Below are positions 30,676 through 41,177 of a DNA stretch of 64,000 nucleotides, piece after piece (the first letter of the stretch is position 1; each line of letters begins with the position of its first letter). This DNA comes from Gammaproteobacteria bacterium (lineage in GTDB: Bacteria; Pseudomonadota; Gammaproteobacteria; Eutrophobiales; Eutrophobiaceae). The stretch lies in assembly GCA_965116495.1 (NCBI GenBank), contig OZ220696.1:2880001-2944000 (forward strand). The letters run 5' to 3'. The position numbers were made by a program, and so were the translations under genes. A model generated the notes under the pieces. That model had not been told where the DNA came from, did not search any database, and saw only the letters and a program-made list of their open reading frames with translations.

Positions 30676-31425
30676 TCAGCCTTGTTTGAAAGAGGTGAGT
30701 ACCTGGGTGTATTCGCTCGGATAAAGGTTCGGGATGGCATACTCCCTGCGTGTCATCTTAATCAGGCCGACCTCCGGCGCATACCATTGTGTCTGCTCAA
30801 CCTTGATGAGCCGGATCCCAAGCAAGAGGCGCTGCGGCAGGTCGAGGAAACCGACTGCATCAATGCGCAGGCACCGGGAAAAATGGCCTGCGGGCACTTT
30901 CACGGATTCATCCATGCTGGTAATGGTATAGTCCATGGTCATGTGCCGGCTGAGCCCGTCCCAGCCGTCTTCCAGTTTTTTCGGCAGATCGAACAACTGC
31001 AGCCTTGCCGTGTTGCTCCACTCGGTGCCCACGCGCAACGGATACCCGATGACCCGTTCGACACGCTCGTCACCAGGAGAGGTACGGCTGATGCCCTCCG
31101 TTGATTTGGTAAAGAAATATTTCCTGCCGTTTGCGTATATTTTCGGGTAGTACCTGTTTGCGCCCACAGTCCGGGGCCGGAGATTACGCACAATGGATTT
31201 CTGTGTGACCACTCCCTGAATAACCGGCATCGTTCTGCTGATATCATAATTCCATTCATATCCGGGCGTCACCGGGAAGTAACCTGCAGCAGGCCTGTCG
31301 CAGGCGCAGAGCAGCAACGTCCCAAACAGGCAGAAGCTGATATATACGGTTGCAGGTCCGCGTTGATTTGCTTTTTGGTCCGCAGTCGGGGACATACTGC
31401 CCGGTCCGCAGACTGTCCCGATCAT
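30676..31425 (-). CDS. Hypothetical lipoprotein (start uncertain)
   Basis: Lipobox-like LLCAC; YFP..PG..W.Y, PLRVGTEW, VKVPAGHF, WYAPEVGLIK beta-rich pattern. Confidence 0.7.
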   Translation of the reverse strand: MIGTVCGPGSMSPTADQKANQRGPATVYISFCLFGTLLLCACDRPAAGYFPVTPGYEWNYDISRTMPVIQGVVTQKSIVRNLRPRTVGANRYYPKIYANGRKYFFTKSTEGISRTSPGDERVERVIGYPLRVGTEWSNTARLQLFDLPKKLEDGWDGLSRHMTMDYTITSMDESVKVPAGHFSRCLRIDAVGFLDLPQRLLLGIRLIKVEQTQWYAPEVGLIKMTRREYAIPNLYPSEYTQVLTSFKQG

Positions 31426-32885
31426 TTTCTCAACTTCATATCCCGTTCCAGTTGCAGCTCCTGCTCCAGGAATGCCATCCGCGCCTTGATACGTTCCGTC
31501 TGATAATAATCCGGGCGGGGCGCCTGCTGGCGCAACAGGTGTTTGAGTTGTTCAATTGCCACCTGGGTCTCGCCGGTAAGAAAATAGTATTCTGCATTGG
31601 CTATACTGGATTCGACCTCGTTGCCTGCTTCGGCCTCGGCCCGGGTCAGGTAATCGAAATAGGTGATATCGGGGGCCTGGAACTTGCCGTATTCGCGCAG
31701 CTTTTCACGGGCGGGATAAGGTTGCCCGGCTTTCAGCAAGGCATTGGTATAGTTCAGCACCAGCGGGCGGTAGTCCGGGTAGAGTCGTTCTGCTTTTGAG
31801 AAAATCCGGAATGCTACGTCATAGTTCCCTTGGTTAACCTCAACATCTGCCGCGGCAAGCAGGTAAGCGATGTTTTCCGGGTCGCCGGACAGCAACAGGC
31901 GCGCCTGTTCCCGCGCCAGTGTATATTGGCCGTCCGCGGTCAATGCAATGATGTAGCCGTACCGATCAGCGTCCCTGTCGCGCCCCGGTTCTGCAGCGGC
32001 AAGCCGGCGGGCAAAAATCTCGACGGCGCGGCGCGGCGTTTTCTGGGACCTGGCAACCAGTTTGGCCCTGACCAGGGGAAAGCTCCGGCTTTCATCCTGG
32101 GCGCGCGTGCCCGCATAGGCTGCCGACCGCGCGGCGGCATCGGCAATCCGCCGCGTCGTCAGGGGATGGGTGCGAAGGAACTCCGGCGCCTGGGCGGAAT
32201 AACGTGAACTCTGTTGCAGTTTTCTGAAGAATCCCGACATCCCCCGGGGATCGAATCCCGAGCGCGCCAGCAACTGGATCCCGATGCGGTCCGCTTCCTG
32301 CTCGTTGGTCCGGGTGAAATTGATCCGTGCCTGCGCCGAAGCGCCCTGCACCGCCATGAGCGCGGCCTGCCCTGCTTCGGGGTTCTGGGTGGCGACCAGG
32401 ATGGCACCCAGCATGGCAGCCAGCGTCGGTATGCTCATTTTTTTTGAGATTTCCACGGACCTTGCCATGTGCTTCTGGGTCACGTGGGCGATTTCATGGG
32501 CCATGACGCCGGCGAGCTCGCTTTCCGAGTCGGAATTCAGTATCACGCCGCTGTTGATCCCGACAATGCCGCCGGGTGCGGCAAACGCGTTGATCAACGG
32601 ATCGTTAATGACAAAAAAGGTGAACTGCTGTTCGTTGTTGTCGCTCTGGGAAACCAGCCGGTAGCCGATTGACTCTATATAGGTGTTGATTTCAGGATCG
32701 GAGATGATATCCGCCTGTTTTCTTACCTGGCTGAGAAACGCCTGTCCCAGGCGTCTTTCAAACTCAGGGCTCAGCAGACCCCCGGTTGAATCGCCGATAT
32801 CCGGTAAGTCCAGGGTCGTCACCTCGGCCACGGCCGGGGCGCACAGGAAAAAAGCAAGCAGGAGGCTGATTCCTGTTTGTTTCAT
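31422..32885 (-). CDS. bepA: M48 metalloprotease with TPRs (BepA/YfgC)
   Basis: INAFAAPGG, HEIAH, EQEADRIG, FLRTHP. Confidence 0.92.
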   Translation of the reverse strand: MKQTGISLLLAFFLCAPAVAEVTTLDLPDIGDSTGGLLSPEFERRLGQAFLSQVRKQADIISDPEINTYIESIGYRLVSQSDNNEQQFTFFVINDPLINAFAAPGGIVGINSGVILNSDSESELAGVMAHEIAHVTQKHMARSVEISKKMSIPTLAAMLGAILVATQNPEAGQAALMAVQGASAQARINFTRTNEQEADRIGIQLLARSGFDPRGMSGFFRKLQQSSRYSAQAPEFLRTHPLTTRRIADAAARSAAYAGTRAQDESRSFPLVRAKLVARSQKTPRRAVEIFARRLAAAEPGRDRDADRYGYIIALTADGQYTLAREQARLLLSGDPENIAYLLAAADVEVNQGNYDVAFRIFSKAERLYPDYRPLVLNYTNALLKAGQPYPAREKLREYGKFQAPDITYFDYLTRAEAEAGNEVESSIANAEYYFLTGETQVAIEQLKHLLRQQAPRPDYYQTERIKARMAFLEQELQLERDMKLRK

Positions 32886-33009
32886 CAGGCTGATTTATCC
32901 GTTATGATGTTGTATTAGAGTTTCCCAAACTGACAGGGTTCACGTCAGCGCGGCTACGCAAACGGGCGCTTCATTACAATGCAAACTCATACTTTTGAAT
33001 CCAGGCTAT

Positions 33010-33107
33010 CGTCATTCCGGCGCAAGCCGGAATCCAGTCAAATAAATGTCTCCTTATAACAATAAAGATGGTTTGTCCACTGGATTCCGGCATTCGCCGG
33101 AATGGCG
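33010..33107. repeat. CGTC-tagged REP doublet
   Basis: CGTCATTCCGGCGCAAGCCGGAATCCAGT (33010-33038) and an inverted copy (33079-33107), 26/29 match; each arm is itself palindromic. Confidence 0.85.
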
Positions 33108-33160
33108 GCTTGATGGTGTAACATAGCGCATTTTCAACGCCAGACATAGAGGAACATTCA

Positions 33161-34432
33161 ATGGCCGCGGCTAAAAACGCTTTTTATGCTCAATCGGGCG
33201 GGGTGACCGCCGTCATCAATGCCAGCGCCTGCGCCGTGATAGAAACCGCGCGCCGGCATCCCGACAAAATCGCCAACGTCTACGCCGGACGTAACGGCAT
33301 CATCGGCGCGTTGACTGAGGATATGATTGACACGGGAAAGGAGCCCGCCGCGGCCATCGGCGCGTTACGCCATACACCCTCGGGCGCTTTCGGATCGTGC
33401 CGCTACAAGCTGAAGGGGCAGGAAGACAGCCGGGCTGAATATGAACGCTTGATCGAGGTCTTCAAGGCCCATGACATCGGTTACTTTTTCTATAACGGCG
33501 GCGGGGACTCAGCCGACACCTGTCACAAGGTCTCGCAACTGTCGGCACAATGGGGTTTCCCGATACAGGCAATACATATTCCCAAGACGATAGATAATGA
33601 CCTGCCCGTCACCGACAACTGCCCCGGGTTTGGTTCGGTAGCCAAGTATGTCGCGGTGTCGGTACGCGAGGCGTCCTACGACGTGCGGTCAATGGCGAAG
33701 ACGTCCACCAAGGTATTCATTATGGAAGTCATGGGCCGGCATGCCGGCTGGATTGCCGCCGCGGGCGGCCTGGCGGCAGACCGGGAGAATGATATCCCGG
33801 TGGTGGTCCTGTTTCCCGAAATCCCGTTCGACCAGGATGGCTTTCTTGCCAGGGTACGGGATTGTGTTGCGCACTATGACTACTGTTCCGTTGTGGTTTC
33901 GGAAGGCGCGCGCTGGCCTGACGGCCGCTTTCTCGCGGAACAGGGCACGACGGACGCCTTCGGTCATGCCCAACTGGGCGGCGCAGCGCCCCTGGTGGCA
34001 AACCTGGTCAAGCAGCAACTGGGATACAAATATCACTGGGCTGTCGCCGATTACCTGCAACGCGCGGCGCGCCACATCGCCTCGAAGACCGATGTTGAAC
34101 AGGCTTATTCCCTGGGCAGGGCTGCCGTGGAGCTGGTCCTGGCCGGGCACAACGCGATCATGCCTGTAATTGTGCGTACATCCGACAACCCGTATCGCTG
34201 GGAAATCGGTCAGGCGGACCTGGCGCACGTGGCCAACGCCGAGAAATTCATGCCCAGGGAATTCATCAGTGATGACGGTTTCGGCATCACTCAAGCGTGC
34301 CGAAGCTACCTGGAACCCCTGATCCAGGGAGAAGACTATCCTCCCTACCGGAACGGCATGCCCGATTATGTGCGCCTGCAAAACGCGCCGGTTGCAAAAA
34401 AAATACGCGCCGGGTTTGAACTTCGCCGCTAA
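33161..34432 (+). CDS. pfp: Pyrophosphate-dependent 6-phosphofructokinase
   Basis: AQSGGVTAVIN, GGGDS (Asp at the PPi-specificity position), PKTIDND, MEVMGRHAGW. Confidence 0.9.
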   Translation: MAAAKNAFYAQSGGVTAVINASACAVIETARRHPDKIANVYAGRNGIIGALTEDMIDTGKEPAAAIGALRHTPSGAFGSCRYKLKGQEDSRAEYERLIEVFKAHDIGYFFYNGGGDSADTCHKVSQLSAQWGFPIQAIHIPKTIDNDLPVTDNCPGFGSVAKYVAVSVREASYDVRSMAKTSTKVFIMEVMGRHAGWIAAAGGLAADRENDIPVVVLFPEIPFDQDGFLARVRDCVAHYDYCSVVVSEGARWPDGRFLAEQGTTDAFGHAQLGGAAPLVANLVKQQLGYKYHWAVADYLQRAARHIASKTDVEQAYSLGRAAVELVLAGHNAIMPVIVRTSDNPYRWEIGQADLAHVANAEKFMPREFISDDGFGITQACRSYLEPLIQGEDYPPYRNGMPDYVRLQNAPVAKKIRAGFELRR

Positions 34433-34460
34433 ATCTATAAACTGTCTGGCTTTGATGTTC

Positions 34461-34533
34461 GGGGTCAGAGTAAAAATACGTGACTGTAGAGCAACACATT
34501 CTGCCGGATTGACCGTATTTTTACTCTGACCCC
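34461..34533. repeat. GGGGTCAGAGTAAAAATACG inverted doublet
   Basis: Perfect 20-bp IR at 34461-34480 / 34514-34533 with 33-bp spacer; shares a 17-bp arm with 18824-18897. Confidence 0.9.
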
Positions 34534-34603
34534 TGGTATCATCCGTGTAGCGCGCACCTGAACGCGCATCAACCACAAAACTTATCACTTAAAGGAGCAC
34601 ACA

Positions 34604-36616
34604 ATGTCGTCATTGGACATCGCCTTGATATGCAGTGTCATCGCCATCCTGTATGGCATCTTTTCCGTACGCTGGATACTTGCACAGCCCGAAGGAAACG
34701 AACGTATGCGGGAGATCGCAACGGCCATACAGCAGGGCGCATCCGCCTACCTTAACAGGCAGTACACCACCATCGGCGGGGTCGGCGTTATCCTGTTTAT
34801 CGTGCTGGGTCTGGTGCTCGACTGGTACACGGGATTCGGATTTCTAATCGGCGCCCTGTTCTCCGGCGCCGCGGGCTATATCGGCATGAACATTTCCGTG
34901 CGCGCCAACCTGCGTACTGCCGAGGCGGCCAACACAGGTATGGATGCAGCATTGAAGGTTGCCTTCCGGGGCGGCGCGATTACCGGCCTGCTGGTCGTCG
35001 GTCTGGGCCTGCTGGGCGTGGCCGGCTACTACGCCGTGCTGCAGAAAATGGGCGTCGACAGCGACACCATCCTCCATGCCCTGATCGGACTCGGTTTCGG
35101 CGGTTCCCTGATTTCCATTTTTGCCCGGCTGGGCGGCGGCATCTTCACCAAGGGCGCCGATGTCGGCGCGGACCTGGTGGGGAAGGTGGAAGCCGGTATC
35201 CCGGAAGACGACCCGCGCAACCCCGCGGTGATTGCGGACAACGTCGGCGACAACGTCGGCGATTGCGCCGGGATGGCGGCCGACCTGTTTGAAACCTATG
35301 CAGTTACCGTAATAGCTACCATGTTGCTGGGCAGCCTGGTGGTCCCGGGGAATGAAAACATCGTGCTCTATCCGCTGGTGCTGGGCGGCGTTTCCATCAT
35401 CGCCTCGGTCGTTGGTTGTTTCTTTGTCAAGGCCGGTGAGAACGGCAGTATTATGGGCGCCCTGTATAAAGGACTGATCGTTGCCGGCATTCTGGCCGCC
35501 ATCCTGTTTTATCCCGTCACGAACTGGATGATGGCAGGCGTCGGCGGCATGTCGGCCGGATCCCTCTACGGCTGTGCGCTGATCGGCCTGGCGCTGACCG
35601 CAGCCCTGGTCTGGATTACGGAATATTACACCGGCACCGAGTACGGGCCGGTAAAACACATTGCTGCCGCATCGGAAACCGGCCATGCCACCAATATCAT
35701 CGCCGGTCTCGGCGTATCCATGAAAGCGACCGCGCTGCCGGTGCTGGCAGTCTGCGCCAGTATCTGGGGCGCCTACGAACTGGCCGAACTGTACGGCATT
35801 GCCATTGCCGCGACGGCGATGCTGTCAATGACCGGCATCATCGTCGCCCTGGACGCGTTCGGACCCATTACCGATAACGCCGGTGGCATCGCCGAGATGG
35901 CCGACCTGGATGAAAAAATCCGCAATATCACCGATCCCCTGGACGCAGTGGGCAATACCACCAAGGCCGTTACCAAGGGTTATGCCATCGGATCAGCCGG
36001 CCTGGCTGCCCTGGTATTGTTCGGTGACTACACCCACGCCCTCGAGCAGGCCGGTATCCACGTTGAATTTTCCCTGTCTGATCCGATGGTGATCATCGGC
36101 CTGTTTATCGGCGGCCTGGTGCCATTCCTGTTCGGCGCCATGGCCATGGAAGCGGTCGGCCGCGCGGCCGGTTCGGTGGTGCTGGAAGTCCGCCGCCAGT
36201 TTCGCGAGATCCCTGGAATCATGGACGGCACAGGCAAGCCGGATTATTCACGCGCCGTGGACCTGCTGACCAAGTCGGCCATCAAGGAAATGATTATTCC
36301 CTCCCTGTTACCGGTGCTGGTGCCGATCGTCGTCGGCAAGGTGTTGGGACCCGTGGCGCTGGGCGGCCTGTTGCTTGGAACGATAGTGACCGGCCTGTTT
36401 GTCGCCATATCCATGACCGCGGGCGGCGGCGCCTGGGATAACGCCAAGAAATATATTGAAGACGGCAATCTCGGCGGCAAGGGCTCGGAAGCACACAAGG
36501 CCGCGGTCACCGGCGATACCGTCGGTGATCCCTACAAGGACACCGCCGGCCCGGCAGTCAACCCGCTTATCAAGATCATCAATATCGTCGCCTTGCTGAT
36601 CGTGCCGTTGCTATAG
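34604..36616 (+). CDS. hppA: Membrane H+-translocating pyrophosphatase, K+-independent type
   Basis: [26 protein letters not shown] (Lys form), [10 protein letters not shown]. Confidence 0.96.
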   Translation: MSSLDIALICSVIAILYGIFSVRWILAQPEGNERMREIATAIQQGASAYLNRQYTTIGGVGVILFIVLGLVLDWYTGFGFLIGALFSGAAGYIGMNISVRANLRTAEAANTGMDAALKVAFRGGAITGLLVVGLGLLGVAGYYAVLQKMGVDSDTILHALIGLGFGGSLISIFARLGGGIFTKGADVGADLVGKVEAGIPEDDPRNPAVIADNVGDNVGDCAGMAADLFETYAVTVIATMLLGSLVVPGNENIVLYPLVLGGVSIIASVVGCFFVKAGENGSIMGALYKGLIVAGILAAILFYPVTNWMMAGVGGMSAGSLYGCALIGLALTAALVWITEYYTGTEYGPVKHIAAASETGHATNIIAGLGVSMKATALPVLAVCASIWGAYELAELYGIAIAATAMLSMTGIIVALDAFGPITDNAGGIAEMADLDEKIRNITDPLDAVGNTTKAVTKGYAIGSAGLAALVLFGDYTHALEQAGIHVEFSLSDPMVIIGLFIGGLVPFLFGAMAMEAVGRAAGSVVLEVRRQFREIPGIMDGTGKPDYSRAVDLLTKSAIKEMIIPSLLPVLVPIVVGKVLGPVALGGLLLGTIVTGLFVAISMTAGGGAWDNAKKYIEDGNLGGKGSEAHKAAVTGDTVGDPYKDTAGPAVNPLIKIINIVALLIVPLL

Positions 36617-36640
36617 GAGCAGGGCACAGGAACCGGCATC

Positions 36641-37114
36641 ATGTTTGTCACTGCGTTCCTGGTATTCGTTGTCCTGAATGAGCCGCACCATTTTTCCATG
36701 CTCGATTTATGGGAGAAGAAATGCAACGGCGGTGACGTCGTTGCCTGTCAGCGGTTCGAGGACGCCCAGGCCGGAGCCAGGAAGCTCGAGCGGCTGGATA
36801 GCCTGGCACTGCGTTATGGAGAGAACGCGAACCGGGATGCACTGGAAGAAGACGGCAGACCCCTGCTGAACCTTGCCTACATGGAGGTGATGGAAGACTT
36901 TATCGAAGCCGAACACGAGGCGGGTGACACGGAACTGGACTATGACGACGACGACGTCAGTTACTGCGCCGACCATTTTCATAATTACTGGGTAAACAGA
37001 AAATTATGGTGGCCTACCGACGTCAACGGCGATCCGAGCTGGACGGATATCTATTATTACATCGTCGACCACTATTACGGGATCTGCCTGCGGCGCCATT
37101 TCAACCGGCGTTAA
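36641..37114 (+). CDS. Hypothetical membrane-anchored or exported protein
   Basis: 157-aa ORF with hydrophobic N-terminus, 4 Cys, acidic tract and aromatic-rich C-terminus; AGGA upstream; no competing gene. Confidence 0.7.
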   Translation: MFVTAFLVFVVLNEPHHFSMLDLWEKKCNGGDVVACQRFEDAQAGARKLERLDSLALRYGENANRDALEEDGRPLLNLAYMEVMEDFIEAEHEAGDTELDYDDDDVSYCADHFHNYWVNRKLWWPTDVNGDPSWTDIYYYIVDHYYGICLRRHFNRR

Positions 37115-37219
37115 CCCACATGTTCCACAGGCTGCAGGTTAACAACCTGCTGAGCCGCGACCGCATATAACATGCGGCGATGGCGGGTTTTTGTTCGGCC
37201 TGCGGGGCAGTCGGCAGGC

Positions 37220-37807
37220 TCAGGAAGGCGCTGGCATCACGCCGTGTTTTGACAACAGTTGCGCAGTTTCATACAGGGGCAGCCCCATGATCCCGGAGTA
37301 GCTTCCCTCTATTCTTGATATAAATATCGCTGCCCTGTCCTGGATACCGTACCCTCCCGCCTTGTCATAGGGCATATCACTGTCGCAATAGGCTTCACAT
37401 TCCCGCACAGTAAGCGATTTGAACCAGACCCTGCTCTCGCTCAACCTGTATTCGGGCCGGTCATGCAGGAGCACCACGGCGCTGAGCACCCGGTGTGCCC
37501 TGCCGGACAGCGACATGAGCATCTCGATCGCTGCACCCCGGTCCGGTGGTTTTCCCAGAATACGGTTATCCAGGATAACTTCGGTATCGGCTGCGAGAAT
37601 CGGCAACCGTTGCAGTCTGGCCGGTGCCGCCGCTTCAGCTTTTGCCGCGGCTACCCGTGCAACATAGCCCTCGGCAGATTCATCCTCACCCCTGAGTTCC
37701 TGCACGTCTACGTGCATGACTTCATAAGCAATACCTATCTGATCGAGAAGCTGCTTCCGCCGCGGCGACCTGGAAGCCAGGTAGATTTGCCTGTGCGGAC
37801 TGGTCAC
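37220..37807 (-). CDS. maf: Maf/YhdE nucleotide pyrophosphatase
   Basis: IYLASRSPRRKQLL, AADTEV, DKAGGYGIQ, GSYSGIMGLPL; GTG start overlapping the rsfS stop. Confidence 0.92.
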   Translation of the reverse strand: MTSPHRQIYLASRSPRRKQLLDQIGIAYEVMHVDVQELRGEDESAEGYVARVAAAKAEAAAPARLQRLPILAADTEVILDNRILGKPPDRGAAIEMLMSLSGRAHRVLSAVVLLHDRPEYRLSESRVWFKSLTVRECEAYCDSDMPYDKAGGYGIQDRAAIFISRIEGSYSGIMGLPLYETAQLLSKHGVMPAPS

Positions 37808-38142
37808 GAGTGGCCGCTGGCCCGATCGGTCACGGACCAGAGTTTTTCCAGTTGGTAATATTCCCGGGAAGTCGGGTGCATGATATGGGCAATCACGTCG
37901 CCGAAATCGATCAATATCCATTCTGCCTGGCTTTGCCCTTCCACTCCCAGCGGCCGGATGCGCCGTGTTTTCATCGTTTCGATTACCTTATCAGCAATGG
38001 CCTTCACCTGGCGGTTCGATCGGCCGCTGGCAATGATCATGAAATCCGTCATGGTCGTCAATGTACGCACATCAAACGTTTGCACGTCCTCAGCCTTCAC
38101 ATCATTCATCGTATCGGTAATCAGTTGGGCGATGCTGTTCAT
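37804..38142 (-). CDS. rsfS: Ribosome silencing factor
   Basis: DVKAEDV, IASGRSNRQV, WILIDFGDVIAH..REYYQLEKLW. Confidence 0.96.
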   Translation of the reverse strand: MNSIAQLITDTMNDVKAEDVQTFDVRTLTTMTDFMIIASGRSNRQVKAIADKVIETMKTRRIRPLGVEGQSQAEWILIDFGDVIAHIMHPTSREYYQLEKLWSVTDRASGHS

Positions 38143-38780
38143 AGGTATAACCTGTTCTCCTTGATATAGTTGTGGACGCCGGGCGGCAGGAAATCCCCTG
38201 TATCGTCACGGCTGCGCAAACGCGTGCGCATTTGTGCAGAGGAGACTTCCGGGATGGACACAGCCACGTTATGGATAAAACCGCTGGGGTTTGCGTGCAG
38301 GGCGGCCGCAGAGGAGCAGCCCCGTCCGGCACAAAATGCCCGCATTCTCTCATCCCGGGGACCGTCGCTGCGCGGCTTCCTGTCGATCACCACCAGGTGC
38401 GCATAATCCGTCAATTCCTGCCAGCGGCGCCAGGCAGGCAGCGCGTCGAACGCGTCCTTGCCCATGATGAAACACAGGGGTTGCTGCCCATACCTGCCAC
38501 GCAGGTCGATCAGGGTATCGATAGTATAGGATGTGCCGCCGCGTTTAAGCTCTGCATCGTTGACGACCAGTTGCGGATAGGGTTGTAGTGCCTGCTCCAG
38601 CATGGCCAACCGGTGTTGCCCTGTTGCTGCAGTAGCTTTATGCGGGGGGATATGCGCGGGCACGAAATTGACTTCCTGCAGATCCAGGGCCTGCATACAC
38701 TCCAGCCCCATGCGGACATGGCCCACGTGAACCGGATCAAATGCGCCGCCGAGCAAGCCGATGGGTTTTCCCTTACTCAC
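38139..38780 (-). CDS. nadD: Nicotinate-nucleotide adenylyltransferase
   Basis: GGAFDPVHVGH, SYTIDTL, FIMGKDA. Confidence 0.95.
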   Translation of the reverse strand: MSKGKPIGLLGGAFDPVHVGHVRMGLECMQALDLQEVNFVPAHIPPHKATAATGQHRLAMLEQALQPYPQLVVNDAELKRGGTSYTIDTLIDLRGRYGQQPLCFIMGKDAFDALPAWRRWQELTDYAHLVVIDRKPRSDGPRDERMRAFCAGRGCSSAAALHANPSGFIHNVAVSIPEVSSAQMRTRLRSRDDTGDFLPPGVHNYIKENRLYL

Positions 38781-38793
38781 TCGTTCATGCTAT

Positions 38794-38884
38794 GTGTACG
38801 GGGTCAGGTCGCACATTGCACACTCAAAGGCACGAACTCCATTGATAACTTAATGTGTGCAATGTGCGACCTGACCCCGTACAC
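38794..38884. repeat. Perfect 30-bp inverted doublet with GGGGTCAG core
   Basis: GTGTACGGGGTCAGGTCGCACATTGCACAC (38794-38823) and its exact reverse complement (38855-38884); 31-bp spacer. Confidence 0.92.
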
Positions 38885-40140
38885 TATTTTCTGATATGGC
38901 CATCACCGATGACAATAAACTTCTGTGAGGTCAGTCCCTCAAGCCCGACCGGCCCGCGCGCGTGAAATTTATCCGTGCTGATGCCGATTTCGGCGCCCAG
39001 GCCGTATTCATATCCGTCTGCAAACCGGGTCGAGGCATTCACCATGACCGAACTCGAATCGACCTCGGCCAGGAAGCGCCTGGCGTGACTCATGTTTTCC
39101 GTCACTATTGCGTCGGTATGCCTGGAACCGTAGTGTTCGATGTGCCCCATTGCTTCGTCCAGGCCGCTGACTATCTTCAGCGACATCACCGGCGCCAGGT
39201 ACTCCGTATAATAGTCAGCATCCGCCGCCAGTTTTATGCCGGGAAGAAATTGCCGGGAATGTTCGTCACCCCGGATTTCCACGCCGGCCTCTTCATACAT
39301 GGGTCCGAGACGCGCAAGTACCGTCTCAGCGACAGGTTCTGCCAGTAACAGACATTCCATCGTGCAGCAGGTACCGTAGCGCTGGGTCTTGGCATTATAG
39401 GCGATGGTCACCGCCTTCTCCACGTCCGCATCGGCGTCCACGTACACATGGCAAACCCCGTCCAGGTGTTTTATGACCGGCATCCTGGCCTCATTGCTGA
39501 TGCGCTCAATCAATCCCTTGCCGCCGCGCGGGATGATCACGTCAATATATTCCCTGAGGGCCAGCAGTTCTCCCACGGCAGCCCGGTCGGTGGTTTCAAC
39601 CACCTGTACTGCGGTGCCGGGCAATCCTGCGTCCCACAGGCCGGCTTCGATGCACCCGGCAATGGCCTTGTTCGAATGGATTGCCTCCGATCCGCCCCTC
39701 AGGATCACCGCGTTGCCCGATTTTATACACAGGCCTGCGGCATCTGCCGTGACATTGGGTCTGGACTCGTAAATGATCCCCACTACCCCCAGTGGAACCC
39801 GCATACGTCCCACCTGGATCCCGGTCGGGCGATAGTTCATCGCCGAAATCTCTCCGATGGGATCGGCCAGCCCGGCAACCTGCAACAAGCCGTCGGCCAG
39901 GGCGTCCAGTCGCGCCGGGGTCAATTCGAGACGATCCAGAAGCGGCGCCGCCAAGTGATTCTTGTGCGCCGCGTCGAGGTCGGCGCCGTTAGCCTCGAAT
40001 AATTGTGCGCGCCGTTCCGAAACGGTCTCAGCGATGGCAATGAGCGCAGCGTCTTTCAACCCGGTGTCGGCGCGCGCCATGGCCCGCGCCGCGTCCCGCG
40101 CGGTCCGGCCCATGGTGTGGATATAATCACGGATATTCAT
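38884..40140 (-). CDS. proA: Gamma-glutamyl phosphate reductase
   Basis: [34 protein letters not shown]. Confidence 0.97.
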   Translation of the reverse strand: MNIRDYIHTMGRTARDAARAMARADTGLKDAALIAIAETVSERRAQLFEANGADLDAAHKNHLAAPLLDRLELTPARLDALADGLLQVAGLADPIGEISAMNYRPTGIQVGRMRVPLGVVGIIYESRPNVTADAAGLCIKSGNAVILRGGSEAIHSNKAIAGCIEAGLWDAGLPGTAVQVVETTDRAAVGELLALREYIDVIIPRGGKGLIERISNEARMPVIKHLDGVCHVYVDADADVEKAVTIAYNAKTQRYGTCCTMECLLLAEPVAETVLARLGPMYEEAGVEIRGDEHSRQFLPGIKLAADADYYTEYLAPVMSLKIVSGLDEAMGHIEHYGSRHTDAIVTENMSHARRFLAEVDSSSVMVNASTRFADGYEYGLGAEIGISTDKFHARGPVGLEGLTSQKFIVIGDGHIRK

Positions 40141-40144
40141 ATTG

Positions 40145-41170
40145 TTATTGTGCTTTTTCCAGCCTGTAACCGGCCAGGGCAAACATAAATTTCTCCAGCA
40201 TCTGCCAACTGTCTTTCACAACGGCGCCCTTCAGGGCCTTATCAATTTCCAGCGCCTCTGCCAGCAGGGCGGTCAACCGGCCGGGACTGAAACGGCGCAT
40301 CAGTGTGTTGATCCCCTTGCTGTGCTGTTCCAGGACCCTGTGTTCCTTAAACGCCTGCTGTCGTGGTTTTCCCCGGGCGATTTCATGGGAAATGGAACTG
40401 GCCCGGCGAAAACCCCACATCAGGGCGCCGTAGACATGGAGCGGCTCTATGCCTTCATTCTTCAGGCCCCGCAACATCCTCAGGGTGCGTTCCGGATTGC
40501 CCAGGAACACGTTCTCAATGAGGTCGAACACCTCATAGCGGGCGCTGTCTACCACCATATTCAGCACATCGCTGCTGTCAATGTCCGCCCGATCCACAAG
40601 CAACGCCAGTTTTTCTATTTCCTGCCTTGCCGCAAGCAGGTTTCCCTCAACCTTTTGCGCTATCAGGACGGCAGCCTCCCTGTCAATCCGTTTATTCCGT
40701 TGCCGGCAACGCGCCATGATCCAGCCCGGCAACTGCGCCGGCACGACCGGCCAGACCTGTATGCAACAGCCGCTTTTTTCCACGGCCCTGAACCATTTTG
40801 CCTGCTGGGTCTTCCTGTCGATACGATCCGAGGTCAGCAACAGGAGGTTGTCCGGCGAGCACGCGTTCGCATAATCGGTTAAGGCTGCGCCGCCTTCCCT
40901 GCCGGGTTTCTGACTGCCCAGCCTCAGTTCGATAATGCGTTTGCTGGAAAACAGGGACAGGCTGGCGCCGGCCTCATGCAACCGGCCCCAGTCAAACCCG
41001 GTATCGACATCCAGGACAGTCCGCTCCTCGTAGCCCAGGGCGCGCGCCCGTTTGCGTATCAAATCACTCGCTTCTTGCAGTTGCAGGGGTTCGTCTCCGC
41101 TGATGCAATAGAGCGGCAGAAGTTCAGGCTTGATCAGGTGCGCCGTGAGTTGCTCTGCCTTCAGACGCAT
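40145..41170 (-). CDS. holA: DNA polymerase III delta subunit
   Basis: [33 protein letters not shown]; follows lptE. Confidence 0.95.
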   Translation of the reverse strand: MRLKAEQLTAHLIKPELLPLYCISGDEPLQLQEASDLIRKRARALGYEERTVLDVDTGFDWGRLHEAGASLSLFSSKRIIELRLGSQKPGREGGAALTDYANACSPDNLLLLTSDRIDRKTQQAKWFRAVEKSGCCIQVWPVVPAQLPGWIMARCRQRNKRIDREAAVLIAQKVEGNLLAARQEIEKLALLVDRADIDSSDVLNMVVDSARYEVFDLIENVFLGNPERTLRMLRGLKNEGIEPLHVYGALMWGFRRASSISHEIARGKPRQQAFKEHRVLEQHSKGINTLMRRFSPGRLTALLAEALEIDKALKGAVVKDSWQMLEKFMFALAGYRLEKAQ

Positions 41171-41177
41171 GTGCCGG

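Noticed and set aside
31386-31421. TCGGGGACA...TGTCCCGA weak inverted pair near the bepA stop
   Set aside because: Short and imperfect; may be a decayed GGGGWCAG copy but is not distinguishable from chance
37808-37921. Long N-terminal extension of Maf overlapping rsfS (likewise the extended starts given for the S9 peptidase, tolQ, leuS and bioD)
   Set aside because: Longest-ORF artefacts; family-typical sequence begins at the downstream starts
18824-38884. Repeat-spacer-repeat units with 31-40 bp spacers as a CRISPR array
   Set aside because: Repeats are inverted, isolated pairs kilobases apart; no cas genes
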